Assembly (NCBI GenBank): GCA_963708075.1
Contig: OY970194.1
Location: forward strand, 5,152,001 to 5,216,000
Origin: Sedimentisphaerales bacterium
Lineage (GTDB): Bacteria > Planctomycetota > Phycisphaerae > Sedimentisphaerales > Anaerobacaceae
Length of the DNA stretch: 64,000 nt
Reading direction: 5' to 3'
This document shows, one piece after another, positions 24,896-35,305 of the stretch. Below the pieces are notes generated by a model. It was given only the letters and a program-made list of their open reading frames with translations, was not told the DNA's origin and searched no databases. A program made the translations under genes and the position numbers. Within the stretch, counting starts at the first letter, position 1. Each line of letters opens with the position of its first letter.

Positions 24896-25036
24896 AGCAA
24901 AGCCTTCGGCCTGGATGATGCCCAGCCGGGATCGTACCTTTCCAGCCCGGGCACTTGCAGAAAAACAAAGCAGGGGAGCGCCGTGTTGGCGATCCCCTGC
25001 TTGGATATCGGGAACAAGTAAACTCGTGGTCGGGGC

Positions 25037-26284
25037 TTACTGTTTGGCTGCGTTTGGCTCCGGCGCGGGTGTTGTTGCGGGTTGGGTCGCCGGTGCGGTG
25101 GTTGCTGCAGGACTTGGCGCCGGCTGACTTGGAGCGACTGGTTTCGGCGCCGGTGCGATGGCCGCCGGGCCTTCGCCTTCGGCGTAGACGATCTTCGCCT
25201 TCTCCCTGAGCGACTGAACGAACTGGCGAACGGCGGTCTGTCTCTTCTCTTTGGACAGTCCGTCGATGAGCGCGGTCTTGGCCTCCTCGAACGGGGTCGT
25301 CCCGGCGTCCTTGCGGTCGGTCACCTTGATGATGTGGTAGCCGAACTGGGTCTCGACGATGTCGCTGACGTCGCCGACCTTCAAGGCAAACGCCGCATCT
25401 TCAAACGGCTTGACCCACCCGCCGCGAGGATTCAACCCGAGGTCGCCGCCGTTGGCTGCGGACGGACAGTCCGAGTTCTCCTTGGCGATGGCCGCGAAGT
25501 CCCCGCCGTCCTTGACCTGCTTGTACAGCTTCTCGATCTTCTCTTTGGCCGCGGCTTTCACCTGGTTCGGATCGGCGTTCGGGTCCTTGGGCTGGGTCAG
25601 GATCAGGATATGGCTGGCCCGGACCTGCTCCGGAATCGCAAAGTCGTTCGGATGCGTATCGTAGTACTGCTTGGCTTCCTCGTCGCCGACTTTCACCGTA
25701 TCGCCCCACTTGGTCTCCATGAGCTTCATATAGCCCATGCCTCTGCCAAAGTCCTTTTTGACCTCCTCGAAGTTGCCGCCCTGGGCTTCGATGGTGGTTT
25801 TGAACTGCTCCAGGGTGACTGGCGGCTGCTGCTGGGCCCCGGTCTTGGTCATCTCGGCCAGGATGTCCGCATCGGTGATCTTGATTCCGGCGGCGACGAC
25901 CTGCTCATCGAGCAATCGCTCCACGACGAGATTCTCGAGCACCTGCTGCCTCGCCTGCTTTTTCACCTGCTCGGCATACTGGGGCGGCAGACTCGCCAGC
26001 CTGCTGCTGGCCTGTTTCATAGCCAAGGCGACCCGCTTGCTCAGTTCCAGCTCGGTAATAGCTTGGCCGTTCACCGTAACGACGGTCTTGTCCATCTGGG
26101 GCTCGACCGCGACCGGCTCGGGGGCGGTCGGCTCGGGCTTCACGCTGTTGGTATCCGCCGTCGGCGCCTTCTTCTGGCAGGCCAAACCGCTGATTACGAT
26201 CAGGATCAACACACACGATCCCAGGAACGACATCAGGCGGCCTGGTCCACCGGTAACTCGCATCATGGAGTGCTCCCTATTCAT
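25037..26284 (-). CDS. PpiC/parvulin-type peptidyl-prolyl isomerase (PrsA/SurA-like lipoprotein)
   Basis: Lipobox LAC, VRASHIL, GGDLG, VETQFGYHIIKV, Pro/Ala-rich tail. Confidence 0.92.
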   Translation of the reverse strand: MNREHSMMRVTGGPGRLMSFLGSCVLILIVISGLACQKKAPTADTNSVKPEPTAPEPVAVEPQMDKTVVTVNGQAITELELSKRVALAMKQASSRLASLPPQYAEQVKKQARQQVLENLVVERLLDEQVVAAGIKITDADILAEMTKTGAQQQPPVTLEQFKTTIEAQGGNFEEVKKDFGRGMGYMKLMETKWGDTVKVGDEEAKQYYDTHPNDFAIPEQVRASHILILTQPKDPNADPNQVKAAAKEKIEKLYKQVKDGGDFAAIAKENSDCPSAANGGDLGLNPRGGWVKPFEDAAFALKVGDVSDIVETQFGYHIIKVTDRKDAGTTPFEEAKTALIDGLSKEKRQTAVRQFVQSLREKAKIVYAEGEGPAAIAPAPKPVAPSQPAPSPAATTAPATQPATTPAPEPNAAKQ

Positions 26285-26830
26285 GCAACAACAACTTCCA
26301 CTATCTTCGGCTCACCAGGGTAAACGCTTACCCCGCGCGGGCACGAAAGAGCCCATTCTGGCAAAACCAAGCCCCGCCGTCAAGGAATTCGCAGTTTTGT
26401 GAAAAAGGCGGGCGCCACCGGCATACGGCGACGCCCCCCTCGCCAACCAACCCCCGTCAGGCCACATAGGCTTTGTTCTCGCCGACGCAGGTGTACACGA
26501 GGTCCACACGTATTCGATGACAGGCGGCTAGGATACTAGCGGGTCGAACAATTCTCGTTGCCCGGAATCATCTGCCGCTTCCCTCAACCTCACTGAGGTC
26601 GGAATAAGGATGAAATGGCCATCCGGGTGAACGGACACTTCGACCTCAATCCTCTCAAGATCTTGCCCTGCCCGGATTCCATACCGGTATCGGATGGCTT
26701 CTCCAATGGACTGGCTGCCGCCCATGCCGCGTTCCGATACGAGCCTGTGAAAGGACCATGCCTGTGAATTGTGAACGAGGCCGGGTCGGTTGGAAGGACC
26801 AGTTTGGGGTGAGGGCGCCCGTAGGTCGTC

Positions 26831-27159
26831 GGGTGTGGTCGGAATACGGTGGCGGCGTGTAGCCGCCGTGTGCGGACTGCGCCTCTTTCGTCCCTTATGG
26901 GACTGGCTTTTGTCCCCGGCCCCGGTTCCCCAGCGATCAATCGCTGGGCTATTCTCTATCGCCCTGCGGGCTTGGACTTCGCTTCAGTCCTCTTGCGTCG
27001 GCCCGTCCGCCCCACGGGGGCGATCGACACTAGCCCACCGTTTCAACGGTGGGTACGATAGTCAATCCTATCTCAAAGCCCCGCAGGGGCGAAAGAAGAC
27101 TGGGCTACGCTCTTGTGTCGGCTGGAATCCGAAGCCGCCACCGAAGGCCGACCGCACCC
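26831..27159 (+). mobile_element. 329-bp MITE, copy A
   Basis: 25-bp imperfect TIRs; flanking direct repeat AGGTCGTC (26823-26830, 27161-27168); near-identical to 32739-33067 and 63042-63436. Confidence 0.85.
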
Positions 27160-27369
27160 GAGGTCGTCGGGGGTCACGACTTTGGGTTGACCTGGGTGGG
27201 GGAGTTTGGTAGACTGAAGGGTCGGCCGGGTGTCTTTGGGCATGTGTGCGAAAACCCGGCGTCTTCCGGGAGGATACATGTGGAGGCATGGACTATGGAG
27301 GACGGACATTCTGCAGTAGCAATTCACGCCGCAAGAGGGACTTGCCACTTCTTCGAAAGGAGGACTGTC

Positions 27370-30219
27370 ATGTGCAGAGTATGGGTGTATGTGCTTTGTG
27401 GCGTCCTGGCGCTCGGGTGGTCCGGGGCGATCGTCCGGGGTGCGGAGAACCAGATCAAAAACGGCGAGTTTGACAACGACCTTGATTCCTGGAATCGCTA
27501 TGGGACCAGCGGCTACACGCGGATCGTGGTGCAGGACGCCGGTCTTTCCGGGGACAACGCGCTGTTGATCGACGTCACCGACGCGGCCGGAACCACGGCC
27601 ATCGGGACGGCCCAGTCGGGCTTGCGAATCGAGCCGGGGGTCACCTATCCCATCGGTCTTACGGCCATGGCCGACCAGGACCGGGAAATGGTCGTGCTGC
27701 TGCAGGCCAGCATCGCCGGCACTTACCCAACCTACCTGACCAGGACGATTCAACTGACGACCCAGCCGCAGACCTTCACCATCGAGTATACCCACAGCGG
27801 CTCGGTGATTGGCGACGAGCCCGGCGAGACGCTGACGCTCTACCTGATGCTGAAGGGGGCCTGGTGGACCATGAAGGGCAGCGACCTGAACAAGCGGGTC
27901 TGGATCGATCGGGTCTACTTCGGCGCCGTGCCGCCTCCGCCGCCTCGTGACCTTGCGACGAAGCCGAGCCCGGCCACTGGAGCCACTGACGTGCCGCGGG
28001 ACGTGGTCCTGAGCTGGACGGCGGGTGCGTTCGCGGACACACATGACGTCTACTTCGGCACGTCCTCCGCCGATGTCAACACGGCCGGCCGGACCGATCC
28101 CCGGGGCGTGCTGGCCAGTCAGGGCCAGGCCGATAGCTCCTACGATCCACCCGGGCGGCTCCAGTTCGGCCAGACCTATTACTGGCGCGTCGACGAGGTC
28201 AATGCGCCGCCGGATTCCACGATTACCAAGGGCAAAGTCTGGAGTCTCACCGTCGAGCCGTTCGTCTACCCTGTTCAGAACATCATCGCCACGGCCTCCA
28301 GCTCCGACACAAACATAAGTCCTCAGAGTACCGTCGATGGCTCCGGGCTGACCGGCGACCTGCACTCGACCCTGACTACGGCCATGTGGGTCACACGCAT
28401 GGGCGCAGCGCCGCCCATCTGGATCCGATACGAGTTCGACAGGGCCTACAAGCTGCACGAGATGTGGGTCTGGAACTACAATTCGGACTACGAGGTGTTC
28501 TTTGGCTGCGGGTTCAAGGATGTCACCGTCGAGTACTCCTCCAACGGCACGGACTGGACCGCGCTGGGTCGGTTCGAGTTTGCCCGGGCGCCGGGAGTGA
28601 AGGATTATGAGCACGGCACGACCGTGGATTTCCAGGGTGTGATGGCCAAATACGTCCGCCTCACCGCCGGCAGCAAATGGGGTGAGATGTTGCCGCAGTA
28701 CGGGTTGAGCGAAGTGCGGTTCCTCTATCTGCCCGTCCATCCGAGGGAATCCAGCCCGCCTCCCGGGCAGACCGGGGTGCCGGTTGATGTCGTGCTGAGC
28801 TGGCGGCCGGGACGGGAAGCGGCCTCGCACGAGGTCTACTTCAGCGCCGACAAGCAGGCCGTGACCGATGGAACGGCACTCGTCGATACGGTGGCCGAAA
28901 GCCTCTATGATCCCGGCGCGCTCGGCCTTCTCTATGGTCAGACCTACTACTGGAAGGTCAACGAGGTCAACGCCGCCGCGAGCCCCCCTTCCTGGCCGGG
29001 CGACGTATGGGATTTCACGCTGATCGATCATCTCGTCATTGATGACTTCGAAAGCTACACCGACGACTCGCCCAACCGGATTTTCCAGACCTGGTTGGAC
29101 GGCTATGGCTATACGGACCCCGAGCCCGTCAAGGGCAACGGCACCGGCTCGATCATCGGCAACACCGATGCGCCGTTCGCCGAGCGCGCCGTGGTCCACG
29201 GCGGCCGCCAGGCGATGCCGATGGACTACAACAACATGATCCAGCCCTACTACTCCGAGGCCCAGCGCACGTGGGACACGCCCCAGGACTGGACCGGCAA
29301 CGGCGCGGATATGCTGCAACTGTACTTCCACGGCTGGCCGGCCAAGTTCCACGAGCCGCAGCCGGGCACCTATCTCGTCGGCTCGACGAGCGGTGACATC
29401 TCGGGCACCGCCGACCATATGCGCTTCGTGTACAAGCGGCTCACCGGTGACGCCACCATCGTGGCGAAGGTCCACAGCGTGACGAACACGTGGCCCTGGG
29501 CCAAGGCCGGCGTGACGATCCGCGAGGGGCTGACCCCGGACGCGACGCATGCGATCATGTTCATGACGCCGCCGGGCCGGCCCGCCTTTGAGAACCGCAG
29601 GACCACCGGCGGGGTCTCGTACTCGGCCTACGGCAATACCGGGGAAGCGACCTTCCCGCAGTGGATCAAGCTCGAGCGCAAGGGCAATCAGTTCACCGGG
29701 TACCGGTCCAACGATGGAGTGACCTGGACCCCACAGATGAATAACGGCGGCGGCGATTCCCCGAACCCGCAGGCCATCGTCATGATGGAGAGCAGCGTTT
29801 ATGTCGGGATGTTCGTCACCAGCAACAACCTGACCCAACCTTGCATCGGCGAGTTCTCGGATGTGACGATCACGGGCAATGTCTCCGGCGACTGGCAGAT
29901 TGGCGACGTCGGCCCCAGCATCCCCGGCAACACGGCCGACACGCTCTATCTCGTCGTCAAGGACAGTGCCGGGCACGTCGCGACCATCAAGCATCCTGCT
30001 TCCGACGCGCTTCTGGGCGTCGATTGGCAGCAGTGGAACGTGCCGCTGAGCGATCTCACGTCCGCCGGGGTGAATCCGGCCCGCGTGGTCAAGCTGTCCA
30101 TCGGCGCCGGCAATCCGGCCGACCCGGCCTCCGGCGGCGCCGGCAAGCTCTACATCGACGATATCCGGGTCACCCGGCAGGCCCTGCACGAAGACCCCAA
30201 CGCTGCCGCCGCAAAGTGA
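27370..30219 (+). CDS. Large secreted multidomain protein (CBM4/9-like, Fn3-like repeats, discoidin F5/8-type C, beta-sandwich)
   Basis: Signal peptide, IKNGEFD, two DVVLSW..G..A..H.VYF / GQTYYW.V.EVN repeats, LSEVRF, DDFESY; RBS AGGAGG. Confidence 0.85.
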   Translation: MCRVWVYVLCGVLALGWSGAIVRGAENQIKNGEFDNDLDSWNRYGTSGYTRIVVQDAGLSGDNALLIDVTDAAGTTAIGTAQSGLRIEPGVTYPIGLTAMADQDREMVVLLQASIAGTYPTYLTRTIQLTTQPQTFTIEYTHSGSVIGDEPGETLTLYLMLKGAWWTMKGSDLNKRVWIDRVYFGAVPPPPPRDLATKPSPATGATDVPRDVVLSWTAGAFADTHDVYFGTSSADVNTAGRTDPRGVLASQGQADSSYDPPGRLQFGQTYYWRVDEVNAPPDSTITKGKVWSLTVEPFVYPVQNIIATASSSDTNISPQSTVDGSGLTGDLHSTLTTAMWVTRMGAAPPIWIRYEFDRAYKLHEMWVWNYNSDYEVFFGCGFKDVTVEYSSNGTDWTALGRFEFARAPGVKDYEHGTTVDFQGVMAKYVRLTAGSKWGEMLPQYGLSEVRFLYLPVHPRESSPPPGQTGVPVDVVLSWRPGREAASHEVYFSADKQAVTDGTALVDTVAESLYDPGALGLLYGQTYYWKVNEVNAAASPPSWPGDVWDFTLIDHLVIDDFESYTDDSPNRIFQTWLDGYGYTDPEPVKGNGTGSIIGNTDAPFAERAVVHGGRQAMPMDYNNMIQPYYSEAQRTWDTPQDWTGNGADMLQLYFHGWPAKFHEPQPGTYLVGSTSGDISGTADHMRFVYKRLTGDATIVAKVHSVTNTWPWAKAGVTIREGLTPDATHAIMFMTPPGRPAFENRRTTGGVSYSAYGNTGEATFPQWIKLERKGNQFTGYRSNDGVTWTPQMNNGGGDSPNPQAIVMMESSVYVGMFVTSNNLTQPCIGEFSDVTITGNVSGDWQIGDVGPSIPGNTADTLYLVVKDSAGHVATIKHPASDALLGVDWQQWNVPLSDLTSAGVNPARVVKLSIGAGNPADPASGGAGKLYIDDIRVTRQALHEDPNAAAAK

Positions 30220-30338
30220 CCTCAGCAGAGACCGAAGGATGACCACAGAAGGGGCTGCCTCCTCGCAGCCCCTTCTCTTGCTCAGAGCGAAACACAAGCC
30301 GGCAGCCCTACGCACAAACGCAAAGCCGTTCCAGAAAT

Positions 30339-30418
30339 GGGTGGCAGCGGCAAGCGGAGCTTGCCGATGGTTTGCCCATTCGCCATCGGCAAAGCCTTCG
30401 GCCTTGCCGCTGCCACCC
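30339..30418. repeat. GGGTGGCAGC-family palindrome, variant
   Basis: Same layout as 5014-5102 with substitutions mirrored in both arms. Confidence 0.8.
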
Positions 30419-30541
30419 GTCTGGGTAGCTTGCATCGGACCCATCACAAGGAAATGGGACGAACCCAACTCGTTTGGCGGTGCTCATTCGATGGCGTTTG
30501 CCCATGGGATTTCGAATGGTCAGGCTCACTCGAATGAGCCT

Positions 30542-30616
30542 GTAGGGTGGGTCCTTGACCCACGCGGTCGTTCGAGTGAAGCATTCCCCAACGCGTGGGT
30601 TGAGAACCCATCCTAC
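30542..30616. repeat. GTAG-type REP doublet
   Basis: GTAGGGTGGG...CCCACGCG / CGCGTGGG...CCCATCCTAC inverted pair. Confidence 0.8.
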
Positions 30617-30788
30617 CTGTTGCCGCCATGCCTCGTCGGAGGAACGGAACAATCTGATGGTCACATGATTTGTGAAACGCGACGGGTGGCCGCAGCAGGC
30701 GCAGTATCCCCCCTGAATCTGTCAAAGACGAGCAGACTTGCAGGCCAGTCACGAACAGAGCCTGACGCCAAGCTCCGCCGTGCGCTGA

Positions 30789-31433
30789 TCAGCGGAGTCG
30801 GCGCGAGGCGGTGCAGACCAGGCCGATGCCGAGCAGCAGCAGAGCGCCAGGCGCCGGAATGCAAGCGGGACCGCTGTTATCGATATAGGTGCGAAAGCCA
30901 AGGTCCGAACCGGTCTGGGGGCTGTACGCGCTGGAGATGACGATCGGGCTGCCCGTGTAGACTGTCGTATAGAACTCGCCGTCGGCGTAGTGGTTGCCAT
31001 GGCTCGAGCCTGTCCACCAGGCCGCGGAAGAGTCCGATCCCTGTCCCGCGTCAACGATCGCCAGCACGTCGCCGGGGCTCACGAGGATGCCGAACGAGCC
31101 GATGTTCGCTCCATAGAACGTGGGGTCCTCGTCGCCGCCATAGGTGACCACGGCAGAGGCCAGCGCCGTAGAGCCGAAGACAGGCACGCCCGCCACCGTG
31201 GGATGGATCTCAAAGAGCCGCGAATCGCGGTCGCTCGCGCTGACCAGAACCTCGAACCGGGAGAGCAGGCCCTCCATGCCCACGGTGAAGGTCTGGGCAC
31301 GGGTCAGGGGACCGAGCACAGCGTACCCGTCGGGATCAGCCGGCGCGAAGTCCTGGTCGAGAATGGGCGCCGCCTCCGCGGAAAGACCGAAAAGACTCAA
31401 CAGCAGGATACTCAGGAAAAGTGGCTTTCTCAT
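30789..31433 (-). CDS. PEP-CTERM-like (IPAPG) exported protein
   Basis: Signal peptide; C-terminal IPAPGA, TM helix and RRLR. Confidence 0.8.
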   Translation of the reverse strand: MRKPLFLSILLLSLFGLSAEAAPILDQDFAPADPDGYAVLGPLTRAQTFTVGMEGLLSRFEVLVSASDRDSRLFEIHPTVAGVPVFGSTALASAVVTYGGDEDPTFYGANIGSFGILVSPGDVLAIVDAGQGSDSSAAWWTGSSHGNHYADGEFYTTVYTGSPIVISSAYSPQTGSDLGFRTYIDNSGPACIPAPGALLLLGIGLVCTASRRLR

Positions 31434-31755
31434 AGGCCCTCCTTGGCACGTCCACCAACCATCATCCATATCCATTACGGCTGCCGCTGCGGCCACGCCG
31501 TGCGGCTCAGACATTCCGGTGCAACGTCACCATCCTCCATCCTGATGCACATGAATCCTACTCCGGTCCGGTCGCACGCCGCAAATGAAAAACCTCCCAA
31601 AACCGGAAAAAGTGTCTGGGCAGATTTTAGAGCCCGGTGCTTTGAATACCGGAGAGTCAACAGACCGGCAATGATGACGCGGCCGGGTGGGACGCAAAGG
31701 GGCTGCGCAAAGACAGGACGCAGCCCCGAAGAAGTCTGCGGGTATCGAGGTTCAG

Positions 31756-32523
31756 TTACAGCGTCCTGCGTCTTCGCAGCCAGGCGACCAGACCGGTGCC
31801 GAGACTGCTGAGAAGGATGGCTCCGGGGGCCGGGACCACAGGCTCAACAATGATGGTAGTCGCGTCGATGTCACCGATGAGGTTGATGGAATCGTTGCCG
31901 CACCAGACGGTGAAGTGGGTGCCCACAAGCTCACCGATGTCACCGCCATCCCCGGGGAAGATGTTCCGTGGCACGGCGGCTTCGAGAATATACGTGCCGG
32001 ACTCCAGCGCCGGGTAAGACCCGACAGCCACGGAGGCGGAACCTACCACCGTCCCTCCGCTGGCTTGATAGGGAGACCCTTGCCAGCCATCCGGCCACTC
32101 CACGAGCGTGGTCTGCGACCAGGTGGGATTGTAGACGACCTGACCCAGCTCGGCGCCCTGCAATTGCACGGCGTACTCCAATCCCGTCACCACCCCATGC
32201 ACCGAGATGGTCATATCCTCATTGAGGTCGAGGCCGAGGTCTGCATTGCCAATGGGGTACGACGTGACGACGGCAAAGTAGAAATTCTGCACATCATCAT
32301 CGAAGTACATGGCTTCGATGTCATAGCCCTCGTCGTAAGCCGCGGCGCCATAGAAATTTACATTGTCGGTCTCGGTGTAGTTGGCGGGCGGGTTCGGCGC
32401 CCAGTCCGAGAACGGAGTCACGCCCCAGTCGGAGAGACTCCCATCGATGGTGTAAGCCGCCCGGCCCGTACCTGTCAGTGCCCACCCCAGGAATGCCAAA
32501 ATGACCACTTCTCTCTTCATCAC
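31756..32523 (-). CDS. PEP-CTERM-like (VPAPG) exported protein
   Basis: Signal peptide, acidic body, C-terminal VPAPGA, TM helix and RRRR. Confidence 0.85.
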   Translation of the reverse strand: MMKREVVILAFLGWALTGTGRAAYTIDGSLSDWGVTPFSDWAPNPPANYTETDNVNFYGAAAYDEGYDIEAMYFDDDVQNFYFAVVTSYPIGNADLGLDLNEDMTISVHGVVTGLEYAVQLQGAELGQVVYNPTWSQTTLVEWPDGWQGSPYQASGGTVVGSASVAVGSYPALESGTYILEAAVPRNIFPGDGGDIGELVGTHFTVWCGNDSINLIGDIDATTIIVEPVVPAPGAILLSSLGTGLVAWLRRRRTL

Positions 32524-32738
32524 TTTCTCCTTCCGGTTCCCGTACAGGAATACTCTCCGCCGTCATCCCTGACTTGTGCCCTTTGGAGAAATGTCAAAAG
32601 TGGCCGTGTCGCCCAGCCTGAGGCCTTGTGTCACAGGCGGAGCAGACAACAACGTCCTTGGCCGATATTTCCTATACGTGTCAGGGTACCAGCCGGCCCA
32701 TGCTTTTGTCAAGAAAAATACCGTTGTCAAAGGAGACT

Positions 32739-33067
32739 GGGTGCGGTCGGCGTTCGGTGGCGGATTCGGATTCCAGCCGACACAAGAGCGCAGCCCAGTC
32801 TTCTTTCGCCCCTACGGGGCTTCGAGATAGGATTGACTATCGTACCCACCGTTGAAACGGTGGGCTAGTGTCGATCGCCCCCGTGGGGCGGACGGGCCGA
32901 CGCAAGAGGACTGGAGCGAAGTCCAAGCCCGGAGGGCGATAGAGAATAGCCCAGCGATTGATCGCTGGGCAACCGGGGCCGAGGACAAAAGCCAGTCCCG
33001 TAAGGGACGAAAGAGGCGCAGTCCGCACACGGCGGCTACACGCCGCCACCGAATTCCGACCACACCC
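32739..33067 (-). mobile_element. 329-bp MITE, copy B (inverted)
   Basis: Reverse complement of copy A with few substitutions; flanks AGGAGACT / AGGAAACT. Confidence 0.85.
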
Positions 33068-33278
33068 AGGAAACTGTGGTGGTCCCGGGGTGATTAATTC
33101 GCGTTTGCGAACAGGGGGCTGGGCGGTCAGAATGACCCTTTCAGGGTGGGGCCGGCCCGGAGCTCTTCGTCGTCTTCGTTGATCATGGGGACGGCCACCA
33201 ATGATAGACGAGAGAAACAGGCGCCTGCCCTGGTACCAGGGACAATAGGCGTTCCGACCGATAGGAATTCAGCCCGCT

Positions 33279-33614
33279 TTACCCGACTAATTGAGGACCC
33301 GCCAGGGCGATGAACCTGTCTTCTGCAAACTCGAACAGATCATCAAGCCGAGCGATTGTAAAGACGCCCCGGGTCGCCGGAGCGACACTGCAGAGAGTCA
33401 GCTTGTGTCCGCATTCATTTACCAGCCTCTGGATCTCCAGGAGTTTGGCAAGGCACACGCCGCCCACCACATCAACGCGGGAGAAATCAATCACGACGTC
33501 ACAGTTGTCCCCATCGCGCAGCATTCCTATGACCCGCTGCAGCTCGTTATGTTTCTCCAACTCCCCAGGCAGATCCACAAGGATCACGTCTTTCGACCAA
33601 CAGTAAACGCTCAT
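33279..33614 (-). CDS. STAS-domain anti-sigma factor antagonist
   Basis: VVIDFSRVDVV...L..LL...GHKLTLCSV...VFTIARLD pattern. Confidence 0.85.
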   Translation of the reverse strand: MSVYCWSKDVILVDLPGELEKHNELQRVIGMLRDGDNCDVVIDFSRVDVVGGVCLAKLLEIQRLVNECGHKLTLCSVAPATRGVFTIARLDDLFEFAEDRFIALAGPQLVG

Positions 33615-34066
33615 TCCATGCCTCTCTTTTCGGCACCGCCCGTGGCTTTCCTGCGATTCCGAGGATCGCCCGCCACATGGGCTTCTGTCCTTCGATACAC
33701 CTGTACAGTACTACGGTTTTCCTGTCGAGAAGACCTGCCTGTACCCTTGTGAAAATACTACGTGACGTAAATTCGTCAGTGCGAGAATCGTGGAGAATCT
33801 GTCACCCGAGATGTCATCGGCGATGAGGCCACAGGATGCAAGACAGGCACAAGAAGGCGCAGATACCCTGCGGATGAATTGGGGGCAGTGGTTAATCGCA
33901 GATTGCGGATTTCGGCGCCAAACTCCCAGCAACAAATCCAAATCCCATCCGCAATCTGCGATTCCACCACGGGACCCCAAAGGCGATCCTTGCCACTTGG
34001 GGTCCTCCTCAAGCGCCCGCGCGGGCGTCGATTCCGCCACCTGGAGTCCATTCCGGGGGCCGGCCG

Positions 34067-34657
34067 TCAGTTGACGGTCTCGTACATCATGACCGCATTC
34101 CAATCTTCCGCAAATCGGCTTACCGCCGCGTGAAGCCGGCTCTTGACCGTGCCGACCGGAATCCCGAGAATCCCGCCAATCTCCGCATAGGAGAACTTGT
34201 GGAAATAGGCCAGGATCAGGATTTCGCGGAGCTTTGCCGGCATCCGTGCGATGACCCGCTTCACCCCCGCGGCCGTCTCATCCCTGATCAGGTCGTCATA
34301 GGGCATGTGCTCGTCATGATCCAGCGTGTTCAGCACGTCATCGATGGAATTCTCCTCGCTGTCGAACAGGCTCCCCAGGTTGGTGGAGTCCGTTCGCTGG
34401 ATGCGGCGCAGGGCATCCTTCGCCTTGTTGGCCGCGATCGTGAACAGCCAGGGACGCAACGGCTTGGACAGGTCGAATGTGTCGCGGCTGATGTACAGTT
34501 GCATGAAGGTTTCCTGGAACACGTCGTCCACGAGGTCCCGGTCGTGCAGATACCTGCGGAGAAATGCATATAGGCCGTCCTTGTACCGGCTGACCAGCTC
34601 CTGGAACGCTTCTTCTTCACCGGCCGCATAACGCTTTAACAGTTGCACGTCGTTCAT
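34067..34657 (-). CDS. ECF RNA polymerase sigma factor
   Basis: DDVFQETF, RPWLFTIAAN (region 2); SYAEIG.ILGIPVGTVKSRLH (region 4). Confidence 0.93.
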   Translation of the reverse strand: MNDVQLLKRYAAGEEEAFQELVSRYKDGLYAFLRRYLHDRDLVDDVFQETFMQLYISRDTFDLSKPLRPWLFTIAANKAKDALRRIQRTDSTNLGSLFDSEENSIDDVLNTLDHDEHMPYDDLIRDETAAGVKRVIARMPAKLREILILAYFHKFSYAEIGGILGIPVGTVKSRLHAAVSRFAEDWNAVMMYETVN

Positions 34658-34815
34658 GGCAATCTCCTTTAATCCAACCGTCAACTACTGGGCACAAGGA
34701 TAACCGCGACGCGATTTTCGTAAAGTCGGGCGGTGGCTGGTTCTTCCATCCGGCGGGATGCCCGTTTCCCTATCGGGGAATCCCCGTATGCGTGACTCAA
34801 GACAGGCCCCGACAC

Positions 34816-34896
34816 GGATGAGCGCCGACGAACGCAGATAAGGAGCCGGGACACGGCAACGGCGACAGCCGGTAGAGTGTGCTCTGCCCGCCGATT
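34816..34896 (-). repeat. ~85-bp dispersed repeat, inverted copy
   Basis: Reverse complement matches 58905-58989 and 60000-60087; partial copy at 61916-61960. Confidence 0.75.
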
Positions 34897-35056
34897 CTCC
34901 TGCTAATCCACCGCAAAGGATGCAAAGGGCCGCAGAGAATCCATGGAGGGTGGGTTTTCAACCCACGCGTTGAAGGGTCCTCTTTTCCAACCGCGAAATC
35001 TCGCCCTCGACCCTCGATCGAGTCGAGGCCAGGCTCTGATCGACAGTCCAGGTCTT

Positions 35057-35260
35057 GAACCGACAACCGACTACTGGCTACCGACTACCGCTCATCATCC
35101 GCAGATTTCGCAGATGTCCGCAGATTCAATCATCAATCGAAAGGGCTTCCCGCCGGCGACCTTCCCAATCATCAAGCAAACATCATCAATCATCAATCCC
35201 GGCGTCCCGCCGCTGCCCTCTTCCCACTTCATACATCAAACATCAAGAATCAAACCTCAC
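35057..35260. repeat. Degenerate 7-bp- and 9-bp-period tandem repeat tract
   Basis: CGACAAC/CGACTAC/TGGCTAC, CAATCAT, CAAACAT units and TCCGCAGAT/TTCGCAGAT units. Confidence 0.75.
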
Positions 35261-35305
35261 TCCGCTCCCTCCTCTGCGGAAAAGGACCGGACAGATTCAG
35301 TTCCT

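Noticed and set aside
26528..26760. Short ORF(s) next to MITE copy A
   Set aside because: Possibly a gene remnant, but no recognisable motif or clear start.
26790..27289. Near-identical short ORFs at 26.8, 32.8 and 63 kb
   Set aside because: They are translations of the non-coding MITE copies, not a protein family.
27073..30468. 1131-aa ORF on the minus strand
   Set aside because: Antisense shadow of the secreted protein at 27370-30219; no motifs, and both ends run into repeats. The same applies to 5036..6574, 15366..16949 and 41007..42242.
31660..31720. c-di-GMP-I riboswitch-like GGGACGCAAAG
   Set aside because: The upstream GGCAAAC/GAAA stem is missing and the orientation does not fit a downstream gene.
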